This document shows positions 52,899 to 64,000 of a stretch of DNA of 64,000 nucleotides, in pieces. How positions within the stretch are numbered: the stretch's first letter is position 1; the number at the start of each line of letters is the position of its first letter. The stretch covers positions 15,934,995 through 15,998,994 of the forward strand of contig OZ037765.1 of assembly GCA_964035545.1 (NCBI GenBank), read 5' to 3'. A program made the position numbers and the translations under genes. The DNA is from Bugula neritina (taxonomy: Eukaryota; Animalia; Bryozoa). The notes under the pieces are model-generated. The model worked only from the letters and a program-made list of their open reading frames with translations, made no database searches and was not told the DNA's origin.

Positions 52899-54473
52899 TG
52901 TACACTGCATTACTTTATTGAATTTTAAAATTTTCTGTCTGTTTCCTTTATAACCTCAAACTTGATGGATTTTTATTATAAACCTATTATATCTGTAAGT
53001 TGTTAATTTTTAATATTGCATTATTTATTATATAACTAAGATAAAATGATATTATATGTTAACATAGTTTAAATAAAAACCTATATTAATAATCTTATAA
53101 CACTTTTGACTATGAAGTCGAGATAATGTGTTATAATAATATAATATTGATGGTTAGCGAGTACTCCCTAGTACAAAGTTATGTGTTGATGCACAGTTGT
53201 ATTATATATAAATAGGTTTAACTTGCTGGTAGCACAAGCTAGTATTCAACCTGCCCTGATCAATATTTCACATTTTGTTATATGGTTTTAGATGAGTCAC
53301 TATCTAACATTGTCTGTATTATATGCTGTCATTTTTACCAGTAGCTGCTGGCTTTAGTGCCATTATTCAAAACTCAGCTTTTTACTATAATTTGTGTATA
53401 AAATGTTATATTTTAAAACAAATATATTTGAATTGCATGTTGTGCTTAAATAATAATTATATTAGGGCATTGAATAAAATCATACTGTTTTGGTGACAAC
53501 ATTATCAGAGCATCATATTTTTACTTTATACTGTCAGTGTATTTTGACTATATGTAGAACCATCATCTCAAAATATTTTTTGATCGCACCATCATGATGA
53601 GTTGGTATGTTAGAAAACAAGATACATCAATTTATACAGCTGTAACATTTAGCACAGGTGCCTTCTATTGTACAAAAAGATGATTAGGCTAAGACTTTTC
53701 AAATTCGTAGCCAGCAAGTAACATGTCAAAATAGTCTTTTGAATTATAGAATTTGAATTTATAATTTCAAGTGTCTTTATATTTATATAAGTTAAATTAT
53801 TTGTCATCACTTAGCAGTGTTTATAGATTTAAGTTGGAAATGCTGCAACTTAGATTGCTAAAAAGTTTACAGCTTTTCACGAACAAAAGCTTTATGCACC
53901 TAAAAGGCCTCAATTGCAATTAGTCTAAGATTTTTAAATAACATCAAATGATATGGACATGTGTTTTTCGAAAGAAACAAAATATATTTTAGCAAATCAC
54001 TCATTTATAATATTCTTTTAAAATCTCGGTTTCTACAATTAACCTTCTTTCAATAAATTGTGCCAACATAAAGTTCCGAATGAAGGACGTGTGGCAGACA
54101 TAACTGTGTTGAAAAGCATAGCCTTTAATAGATTGCTATTAAAGCAACTAACATAGACAAGAGCTGTTTATGGATTTAAATTAAGTTGAAAAAGTAATTT
54201 CAACTGAATTTACATGTATACATATAACATATCACATGTCATGTTGGCTCAATGGGTTGAACTTGATTAAACTCTTAGGCCTTAGCCTATACTCGCAGTT
54301 ATAGAAGACATGTATGACCTTGCTTCCGTTTTGAATAATAATTATGTACATTATTTTACCATCTTCATCCGTCATAACATGGTCACACATGAGTACGGAG
54401 TTGTCGCCTATTGGGTTTTGGGTTCTAAGTTTTCCCTGCGAGGCATTCGGCACACAGCTACGCTAAACAAAAA

Positions 54474-56080
54474 ATGGCGTTGTTAGATGTAATTCATGCT
54501 GATCAAGTACCAATGCATTCAAAAATGCATTGTGTAAGAGGTGGAAACACTATAGCTTGTGGTTCAAATGAAGCTTTCGTAAGTTTACTTGATATTAAGT
54601 TAATATTACATTTTTGGTTCATCTGACTGCACTGTTTTTAAAACTTTGATAAAAACAAACACATGATCAAGTATTTCAAATTCAATTATTCCAAGTCATT
54701 CACTTTCAGAATCAGCGATACAGCCCATACCACAACTATAACTCGAACTACTAATAGTTCTTAGTTGATGTTATCTATGCGTGGAGTTAGTAAATGGGAT
54801 ATTTATACGGTCACACTAATAGTTATACTAATAGTTATACCTATAATGAGTTTGACTGACACTGACAGTCACAGTGAGTTGACTATTAGTATTACTATTA
54901 GTATTAGTATTAGATTACTATTAGTATTAGTATTACACTTACAGTATTATCATTAATATAAGTATAAGTATTAGTATTATATTTATAGTTATAATAGTTA
55001 TAGTATAACTATAACTTATAGTAATAGTTACTGTTAAACTCTGTTGACAATAACATTAGCATCATGATAAACATGATGATAATTTATAAATAAACATTAA
55101 CTTTAAGCTTAACTTTATTAGTATTAGCATTAGTATTAGTGAATTACTATTACTGTGTGCATGTCTATTAGTTATAGTATTTCTATTAATATTAGCTGTT
55201 GATTATGGTAGTGGCACTGATGAAAGACAAACGGAAACATAGGGATGTTCAGTTGAATGTTGTCTGTTGATACTGATAGTCTGAATTATTGAATTTAATG
55301 CTACAATAATAATAATTATTAATTTAGAATAAAAATTATTACTTGGTGTTCAACTTAAAGTAATAGCTATAATTATTGTTACATGAATATACCTGAACTT
55401 ATGCGTAATCCTAATATTTATAAATAATAATATAATTATAATATTAATATTATTATCTGACAGTCTGACAGTCACCGAAAATATGTCTATTAAAGTTAGA
55501 ATTGGTATAAAATTGAATTTAGCAACAACTGTAACCTATTACTATTAGACTTATTGGATATTAATATTAATTGTAATGATAGTCATAATGATAGATAAAT
55601 CCAGACATCGATAAAGCTTATACTTATAGGCTATAATTAATTTTAAAGTTAATGATAACTTACATTTATACTTCTATTTATAGTAATGCTAAGCCTAATG
55701 ACCAATGGCAAAGATTGTAGTAGTGCAGATAGAATTGGTAATACTGACAATTATTGTTGGCATAGCCATAAGGCAAGAGTGCAGGCTTGCTTTTTAAATA
55801 CTATAATAATGCTTATACAATTACAAGAATTTTTGTAATAATTGCTAATGCAAAAGGCTAAGGGTATTGCTAATAAAATAAACCCACATTATTTAATTCA
55901 AAATTCATTTTTTTATCGAAAAAAGTTGCATTTAAAATATTGTATTGATAATGATGTATGTCAAGTTAATTATTTGAAACAGCTAGCATTTCATGTTATA
56001 TCAATGATCATTGAATGCTTTATCATTGCAAAGGACTCGTATCTATATCTATATCTATATCTATATCTATATCTATATCT

Positions 56081-56152
<72 letters not shown>

Positions 56153-56185
56153 GACAAACCCCGAAAAAGCTGCTGTCCACAGATT

Positions 56186-56266
<81 letters not shown>

Positions 56267-58164
56267 GTATATAGTTGTACTTCTGGTTGTAGATTCCGGA
56301 TATTATAAGTCAAATAAACGGCCAGGACGGTGGACCTAAAATCCATTTCAACCATGGAACAACAACACTTGGTTTTAAGTTTAAACATGGAGTTATCATA
56401 GCTGTCGATTCACGTGCAACCGCTGGAGACTGGATTGGTAGGTCAATTCAAGAGCTGTGTGAATGTTTTTACTGTGGTGCAATATCGAGTCATCAATTTT
56501 TATTTACAGTGTGTAGTTTAAAACTTGAAAATTGAGAAGCTGCTGTGTTAGCTACAAGTTTCAAAACCAGTTAAGCTGCTTTCCTTTATGGAATGCAAAA
56601 GTTTGTAAAAGTAGGGAGAGAATGGATGTTGGCTTTGAAATAATTTCAGTCATCTTTATATTGTGCAGAAATGGTAATGCAATTGCAATAATGTTAAAAT
56701 TACTTAGGTGTATTCAATTGAAGGTGTTACATTGAACAAAAGTGCATGTGTTTTTTTAATTTAGCATCCCAGTCTGTGAAGAAAGTAATTGAAATAAACC
56801 CATACCTACTCGGGACTATGGCAGGTGGCGCAGCAGACTGCTCTTACTGGGAGAGGTTTTTAGCCAAGCAATGCAGGTAGGCATAACTGACTTTTGGTGC
56901 GCATTCATTTTGATTATACTTTGAGCTTTCTACTCCTTGCTTTAGCCCCTCTATTTATACCTATAGAAATGGCAAAAGTTGATATAAATTCACATTTGAA
57001 AAATAGAAGGTTCCAAATTAGGTATAAGCTGCATGCTTTCAGTTCCAAGAATTGGGAAACAATTGGAAATCACAGGTTTTTTGGTAATGCTGTAAAAGCT
57101 TATAATTTTGTTTTGCTGTTCTAGCCAACTGAAAAGTGTTCAATAAAATTTCTCAGGTGATCAACTTATCACTTTGAATGAGTGAAAATCAGTCTCTACT
57201 CTGATGTAACACATCCCTAAATATTATAATATTGTGTGGATGTTGTTCTATTGTAGAGTATATGAGCTAAGAAATAAGGAGCGGATATCTGTGGCTGCTG
57301 CATCAAAACTTCTAGCTAACATAGTCTATGGCTACAAGGGCTATGGGCTCTCAATGGGCACCATGATATGCGGTTGGGATAAAAAGGTAACTCACACTGC
57401 AACATGAAATTGATTCAATCAGTATAACTAAAATGTCTAAAGTAGGGTGTTTCAAAGTTATTGTTTTTGTAAGTTGAGATTTTCTTTTAGTTTATTCTCG
57501 CTCATTGTCTGGATTTTACCTGGTTCTAGGATGATGGTCAATAAAGTTATCTGCAAGTCGTACTGCATTACCACATTTTCTCTGTAAGTTTGGCGTTGGT
57601 GTATTTGTAGGGTCCTGGACTGTATTATGTGGATAGTGATGGTACTAGGCTAACTAACCACATTTTCTCTGTGGGGTCTGGTGCCACTTATGCTTATGGT
57701 GTAATGGATTCTGGGTACAAATGGGATATGAGCGTAGAGGAAGCCATTCAACTTGGCCGAAGGTCAATTTATCACGCCACACATAGAGATGCTTACAGCG
57801 GTGGAGTTGTTAATTGTAAGTTGTTTACAGTAATTTTCTTATAAACTGGCACAAAATAAGTTTTTGCATTACAATGGAGAGTTCCCAAGGTTTCTTACAG
57901 TATTAAGAGTTCATGGTTTACAAATTGTTCAAGCTTCTATGTAGCATGTAGCCTCCCACGCGGAGTCCTAGTTTGAAATCGGCTACTTGTTACCATGGCA
58001 ATTATATATTACCTGTGTTACTTTATGTGTTTATGTGTTACTATATGGTATCCGTTGTTGTAGTGTATCATATGAAAGAAACGGGCTGGGAGAAGATTTC
58101 TCAAGATGACACCGTAAAGCTGCATTACCAGTACCAAGATGAGAAGCTGGGCAAAGGCCATTAG
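54474..58164 (+). CDS. PSMB5: Proteasome subunit beta type-5 (chymotrypsin-like), 6 exons, 265 aa
   Basis: Exons 54474-54578 (MALLDVIH.. propeptide), 56293-56437 (HG|[23 protein letters not shown]), 56765-56876 ([22 protein letters not shown]), 57257-57386, 57611-57815 (FSVGSG; [16 protein letters not shown]), 58064-58164. Phases compatible; catalytic Thr1/Asp17/Lys33 present. Confidence 0.96.
56040..56272. repeat. Compound microsatellite (TATATC)n-(TA)n-[~40 bp island]-(TA)n in PSMB5 intron 1
   Basis: Directly visible; the source of the spurious YI/IS/ID-repeat ORFs. Confidence 0.95.
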
Positions 58165-58190
58165 TACCAGGAAGATGAGAGACATTGTGC

Positions 58191-58247
58191 TTTATTATAA
58201 TAATCAACACATTTTTGAATTTAAAAACTGATAAATAACTTAATAAA
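58191..58247. promoter_or_regulatory. Opposed polyadenylation signals of PSMB5 (+, AATAAA 58242-58247) and the RADIL-like gene (-, TTTATT 58191-58196)
   Basis: Canonical hexamers in the 248 bp between the two convergent stop codons. Confidence 0.55.
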
Positions 58248-58412
58248 ATAATATAATCTTCAATGATTTATGTGCATATGATGTGTGATATTGTATAAAT
58301 GTATTTACAGTCATTACAAATTAAAAATTCAGTTTCCATAATAGCTTACTAGAAGCCAATGTTAGTGTTATAATGCATGTTAACAGAAGATGTAGCTTAG
58401 CATTGATTGTCA

Positions 58413-61400
58413 TTACTTGCTGTTTGAACTGCATATAGATATATGATCTACATGAGAGGATAACTCTGCTTCATCATCGCTATCTATGTGCTGCTTATCG
58501 GGTAAAATGTATTCCGGTGATTTGCTTTTTTCGGAAGGTCGTCTGGTTGCCGGTGGTGTTTGTCTTCTCTTTTTAAATATTGGAGTGTACAACTTGTCGC
58601 CTGTCTCATTAGTCTGCGAACTTCTTGAGCCACTGTGTCTGCTTTCATCAAACACATCTTTATTTTCTTTATCTTTCCAGCTGCCGTCTTTATAAAACAA
58701 CAAAGTTTAATTTATTGGCACAGCACACTGAGCATAGATGTTTGTTTCAATAGAATATTTAAATGCTACATTCTAAAATTTTTCAACGCCACGATACTTT
58801 GATCATAAAAAAAATGTACCATCACTTTTTATTATCACTAAACTCTGCTAATACCTTCAGTGACTGGCTCAAAAGTTGACTTGATACTTTGCAAGTGTTG
58901 GTTGAACATTTCATCTTCAATGGGTGCAGATAGATCTATGCAGCTATGAGATGGAATAACCAAAGGTGGGTGATCATCAAAGCTCTCCATAAGTCCTGAA
59001 AAGTGTCATGTAACAATAGTAAATATTTTAAAAAGCTCTGGTGGTACTGTAATTTAGAAGAAGATGTACAAACATGTCATTATTTAATAATTTAAACAAT
59101 TGGAGTTTTGCGCAAAAATCAAAATACCTCTCGTAACAAATTGTTTTTTCAAAACTAAAATGCTTTTTGGTCTGTCATCAGAGAACAACATACCATTATG
59201 AAAAATATTTTGTTCACTTGTTTGTTGGTTAGGTTATTAAATGTGGTAAAAATTTTGAGTGCTGTAAAGCTTTTTATTATTTGGGAACCTCTAGTAGTAT
59301 CTATTAATATGTAATAGAAATGACAAGTTTTTAGAGGAATGCAGGTTAATTATATCTAGAGCATGGATAATTCAATCATGGGGTGACTCTTATATGTTTG
59401 TATAAAGGATTATATACTCCTGTTGAAATATATATAAATTATATGGGTAACTATAATTACATCATTGACATGGCAGCAATCTTGGTACAAAAAGTATTGT
59501 ATAAAAATGATGTGAAATATTCACATAAACATAATTATATAGAATATAATATGTTGCAGTAGGAGTTCATATTTATGAACTTATATAACAACTAAAATGA
59601 GTTCATGTCAAATCCTAAAATTAGCCAAGAGAAAATGAAAACTATAACTTGATACGATGTTGAACAAGCTTTTTATTCTTTACAAACCAGCAGTTGAGGC
59701 AGAACATTCAACAAACTGTAAAAGGATTTTCATACCTTTAAAAATGAATCACCTCCCTTGGAAAGTGTTTTTTTACCAGCATTTCAGCTCCGAACAACAA
59801 CAAATGACCATTTATTAGAACTAATTACATTCATTTACCTTCATTGATGATGTCATACTTCTGGTCTTCAGGGGTGCACCACTGGGCAGGAACTTTATGG
59901 GTGCCAAGGTCATAGTTGTCAAGGAGGTGTCTCAACTGAGCTGCCCCCAAAAGAGGGTACAGATTTCTCAACTGCTGCCAGGTTGCCTACCATAATACAA
60001 AAAGATAATAAAAAGTACAAGTCTCAATAAACAGTGCATCATTAAAACAGAGTGAACAGCACAATATTGAGGTACAAACAGACTTGACATATAATGTCAG
60101 TGAAACTTTGCTGTTTGCCATTTCCTTCATTGAGAAGCTGGACTTCCATTGTAAAAAATAATGTTATGGATAATGCTGAAAATCAAACAGACAAGTTAGA
60201 AGTTGATGAAACAAAATTTACACTAAAATTGACATGTTTTCAGATTAATAAAACCAATTGCTTGAGGCACGCTTGAGTAACTTTCTGCTGATGTGGTTCT
60301 TCTACTCACTGAAGCCCTCTACTTATATGGGTATTATACAGTATCTAGTCATCTCAGATTCACTGGTCTAGTTACTCCTTTACAATACTTGTATTAGAAT
60401 GCCGTAATAAAAATTGAATCTAACTTAAAATTCATTCAAAACTATTTCAATAAATTATACATATGCAAATAATTTTGCAGGGTAAATATCTTATATTACA
60501 AAAACATTTTGGTGCAACTTTCAATTTCTCCCTCCTGATGAACTCAAAAATTATGTAAAAATAACTTATATTTAATACCAAATTATACATATTCATTGAC
60601 AATGTAATTAACTTGTTATTTTGCTCAGCAGGTGCAAAATATTCTGAATGATATGATCAATTGACTAGAAATTACAATAGTTTTATGTTCATTATATCAA
60701 ACTAATTTTAAAAATAACTATATTAATTCAGAGTGGGATTTAATTGTTAGTTGAAAAAAATCGTATACAAAATACACAAATTTACCAACAACTTCGTCTT
60801 GCAGTTTTAAAATATTCTCTTAAATACATATTGAAACATTCATTTCTACTATCTTTCTATAGAATAGTTTTACAATAGGGTATATGATGTGCTAATTATA
60901 AGCAATATTTAAAATTGGCAAAAACTGGACACGATGCTTACATGCGATGAACGAATTAACTTCAAACTCAAAAAAAATTCATGAAACATGAACATAAATA
61001 ATTCAATAATAATCCCATCAATTTAGTTTATTTATTTTCATATTTAATATTATTTACTTATTATCATTTAGCTGTTTATCATCCTTTACCTTTTTTACAG
61101 TTGAATTTTGCTAATTTGCAATAACATAGGTATAACACTATGTTATCTAAATGGGTGAATGAGTCAAGGCTAACTAGGTTATTATGAATAAGCTTTTGTA
61201 TAAGGTGAAGTAAAGCTAAATTTGCTTCATCCACATTCTACATCAATGCATAATATGCTTTGTTTTTCATGTTTGGCACAGGGTTGATGCTATAAAAAGC
61301 AATATTGGGTGCCAAACTAATTATTAGAAATAAATTTTAGCAACATTTCCATTTTCACTATCTTTTATTATTTTTCATCGTGCAACTTGTATTTTGAGTT

Positions 61401-64000
61401 ACTCACTATACTAGATATCCAAAATTGAATTTTACAAATTGTTTGAGATTATGAAGCTGTAATGCTTGTACTCACGGCCAGCATTGTTCAAAAATATTGG
61501 CAGAAACTTGTGGGTGTCAATTTGTTGTATTATTTTAACAAAGTATTCATGTTCTGGTTACAAATACTATACCTGCAACAAAAACTGTTTGGAAGATGCC
61601 AGAAAATCAGCCACGCAAATAACTTTACTCATGTAGTTGTTTGCCCCTTCTACCTTTTTACCATGAGACCAGTTTTCTAGCAATTCCAAGTTTTTCCGGA
61701 TCTTTACACCTTCTTCCCACGAGTAAAGCGAACTAACAAATTCTAAACCATAAACAAAACAACTACAATTAATTACATATGGTCAAAATGACAATGACTT
61801 TAAGTTTGAGTTCTGGCAATTTTAAGAGAAACATTGTTATAATTAACTTTTTGTCTTTCAGATTTGTGGCAATGCCATAAAAATAGAGCCATCAAAAATT
61901 TGTTCTAACCGAAATGCTTTTCATAGTTTTAAACACAGTAAGCGGTCTTTTTTAAGCAATAACTTTTTGAGAATAACAAAGATATAATTCTAAATTATAA
62001 CACAGGTTTGAATAAAGCTACTAATTTATACCTTGTTCGAACATCTTATTGCAAAGAGAAGTGCCAATAAAGAAATATATGTAGGAGATGAGCTGATGAG
62101 ACACTGCTTTACTTAGCTGCATGTCATCACACATTTCCATTATCATAGACATGCAGTCTAAAGTGTGTTTCATAGTCGGGCGATCGTTATCCACCACCCT
62201 ACTGAATGGGTTGTCAGTTAGGACCAAGTCTAGCATAGGGTACAATATCTACAAATAGACATCAAAGAGTAGAAAGAAAAACAGTAACTTGTCTTATATT
62301 TCTTATTAGTTGTCAAGTCAAACATTTGGGTAAAAGTTGCACATCACAAAATGGTTATCTATAATAAGCTATTTAGTATTCGCCTATATATACCAGAGTT
62401 ACTGATTTGATATATTACTTGAAACTGCAAGTAAAGTGCTGCTTAAGATCAAGTACTAAGAAAATATTTGTGAACCAAATTCCCCAAACACTCAATGAAC
62501 AGCTTTTTCTGAACCAAACTCAGATGATAGAATTATACTGAATAGTAACAACACAGAGGGCAGCAACTAACAAGGCTGAAAAGCTTACAGCATATGATGT
62601 TCTTTTTTCTTATACTTTTAAACTTATTTTAGGGAAATTTACAACTGATTTGTAGCCAGATAACAATACCTTAGTGAGATGGTAAACAACTTGTTGAAAG
62701 CTATAGATGATAGCATCAGAAAGGATGTTCATAGCTTCATCCAAGACATCAGTGCCCCTCATAGCATCAGAGAATGCAGATTGATTCATTGAGACATAAC
62801 CTCGAAGCTCTATGCAATTAGCCATCCATAGCAAAACAGCTTGCATATGAGGTTGGACCAGTGTGAGGCATTCTACTGGATCAAAGCTGAAACAGAAGAT
62901 TTGCAGTACAGCCTATTATGAGATATACCCCACATGGTCATAAACAAATATTTGTGATATATAAAACCATGTAACCATGCAATTATTTTCTTACTAAAAA
63001 AGCAAATCTCTACCTGTTAATCTTGTTGATGCAAGTTTGGAGAGATTTCGTGACTTCCTGTGAAAAATAAAGAATGCGAAATAAAAGCATTGCTTTATTA
63101 TAGTTGTTTTATTCCGGAACTTAGTGGTAAATTCTGATTCATTAAATGCAACAACTGATTATGTTCTGAGTGTTCTAAATGCTCTTTTGGAAAGGACAAA
63201 TTGTGTTACATGTACTTAGAAAAATATATGAAATGCCTTTGCTTACCAACACAGTGACCTGGAATTCAGAGCATAAGGTGGACACAAATTCAGACACTTC
63301 ACTTGCATCCATAGCCTGCAGGCCATGTTCCAATGCAAGAATCAACAAATATGCAGGTGTTAGCTTGTACCCAGCTTCTGAGTGACTCATTGTTGCAAAG
63401 ACTTTAGTCAGGAGTTCCTGCTGTCTATTTGGTGTAAAAGAGAGGGTGGGCCCAGCATGTGCCGGGGAGTGTGGAAACTGTGCTTCTTCACTTTCCGGAG
63501 TGAGTCGAGCTGGACTCTCAGGAGATGCTGTATCTTTACTTGCAGCAGTTGGATCTTTGAACAGAAATATATAGTGCTGACCAATGGTGATAATGTCGCC
63601 TGTGAAAATGTTGACTTTGCTGGAAATCTCTTTGTCATTCACTCGGACATATGCACCAGGGAATGGAGCTATGCTGATATACTTGTACTCTGTCTCATTA
63701 TCCGTATCATACTCTTTGCACACCCAGCAATGTTGCTGGTGTACGTCAGGAGCATACAGTCTAATAGTACATTTATCTTTATCCTCAGAGCTGCCAACAA
63801 TTGATGTAGCATTCGTGATTAAATGAAGTACAGCATCACGGTTAGCATTGTATGGCCCAACTGTGAGAAAATATGGGCAATCTCTGGGAAATTTGAACAA
63901 ATGATGGCTAGTAGAATTGGCCAAATTTCCTTCTCCTTCACCTGATTGGTAAGCTTCTCTCCTCGACTCTTTCAAGCCATCTGCCAATTCATCGACTGGA
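58413..64000 (-). CDS. RADIL/RASIP1-like protein (FHA-like + Dilute domains), 5'-incomplete (runs off the window)
   Basis: Exons (minus): >64000-63247 (CPYFLTV..LYAPDVHQQHC..GDIITIGQHYIFLFKDP; YKLTPAYLL), 63057-63014, 62886-62670 (LLWMANCIEL..FQQVVYHLTK), 62248-62032 (QLISYIYFFIGTSLCNKMFE), 61742-61573 (YSWEEGVKIRKNLE), 59986-59839 (LGAAQLRHLLDNY), 58995-58855 (LMESFDDHPPLVIP), 58687-58413. Phases compatible. Confidence 0.88.

Noticed and set aside
55842-56388. ORFs with YI/IS/ID dipeptide repeats
   Set aside because: Microsatellite translations.
56359-56876. Proteasome-inhibitor-resistant or immunoproteasome-like beta5 variant
   Set aside because: Mature-chain positions A20, A27, V31, M45, A49, A50 and C52 are canonical; it is an ordinary PSMB5.
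63179-63826. Overlapping plus-strand ORFs
   Set aside because: Antisense shadows of the large RADIL-like exon, with no recognisable motifs.
1-64000. CRISPR array, operon or prokaryotic defence system
   Set aside because: The sequence is spliced eukaryotic DNA; no regularly spaced repeat-spacer array was seen.

Overview
AT-rich metazoan (invertebrate-like) genomic DNA with spliced genes; it is not prokaryotic and contains no CRISPR array. Four protein-coding genes were rebuilt by hand from phase-compatible GT-AG exons. (1) A minus-strand TASOR/TEX15-like DUF3715 pseudo-PARP gene (~2.6-7.9 kb), apparently with the start of a second pseudo-PARP repeat. (2) An 18-exon integrin beta subunit (38735-52898, +). 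(3) Proteasome beta-5, PSMB5 (54474-58164, +). (4) The 3' part of a RADIL/RASIP1-like FHA+Dilute gene (58413->64000, -), convergent with PSMB5. Between the TASOR-like gene and the integrin lies a ~27 kb stack of mostly decayed retroelements (RTE, CR1/L2-type LINE, SINE, Gypsy x3-4, Copia, BEL/Pao, solo LTRs) plus an intronless kinesin-5 pseudogene bracketed by inverted repeats. Almost all of these lie on the minus strand. The most interesting hypothesis is a flamenco-like uni-strand piRNA/antisense cluster directly upstream of a HUSH/TEX15-type transposon-silencing gene. All family assignments come from recognising motifs by eye; no searches were run.
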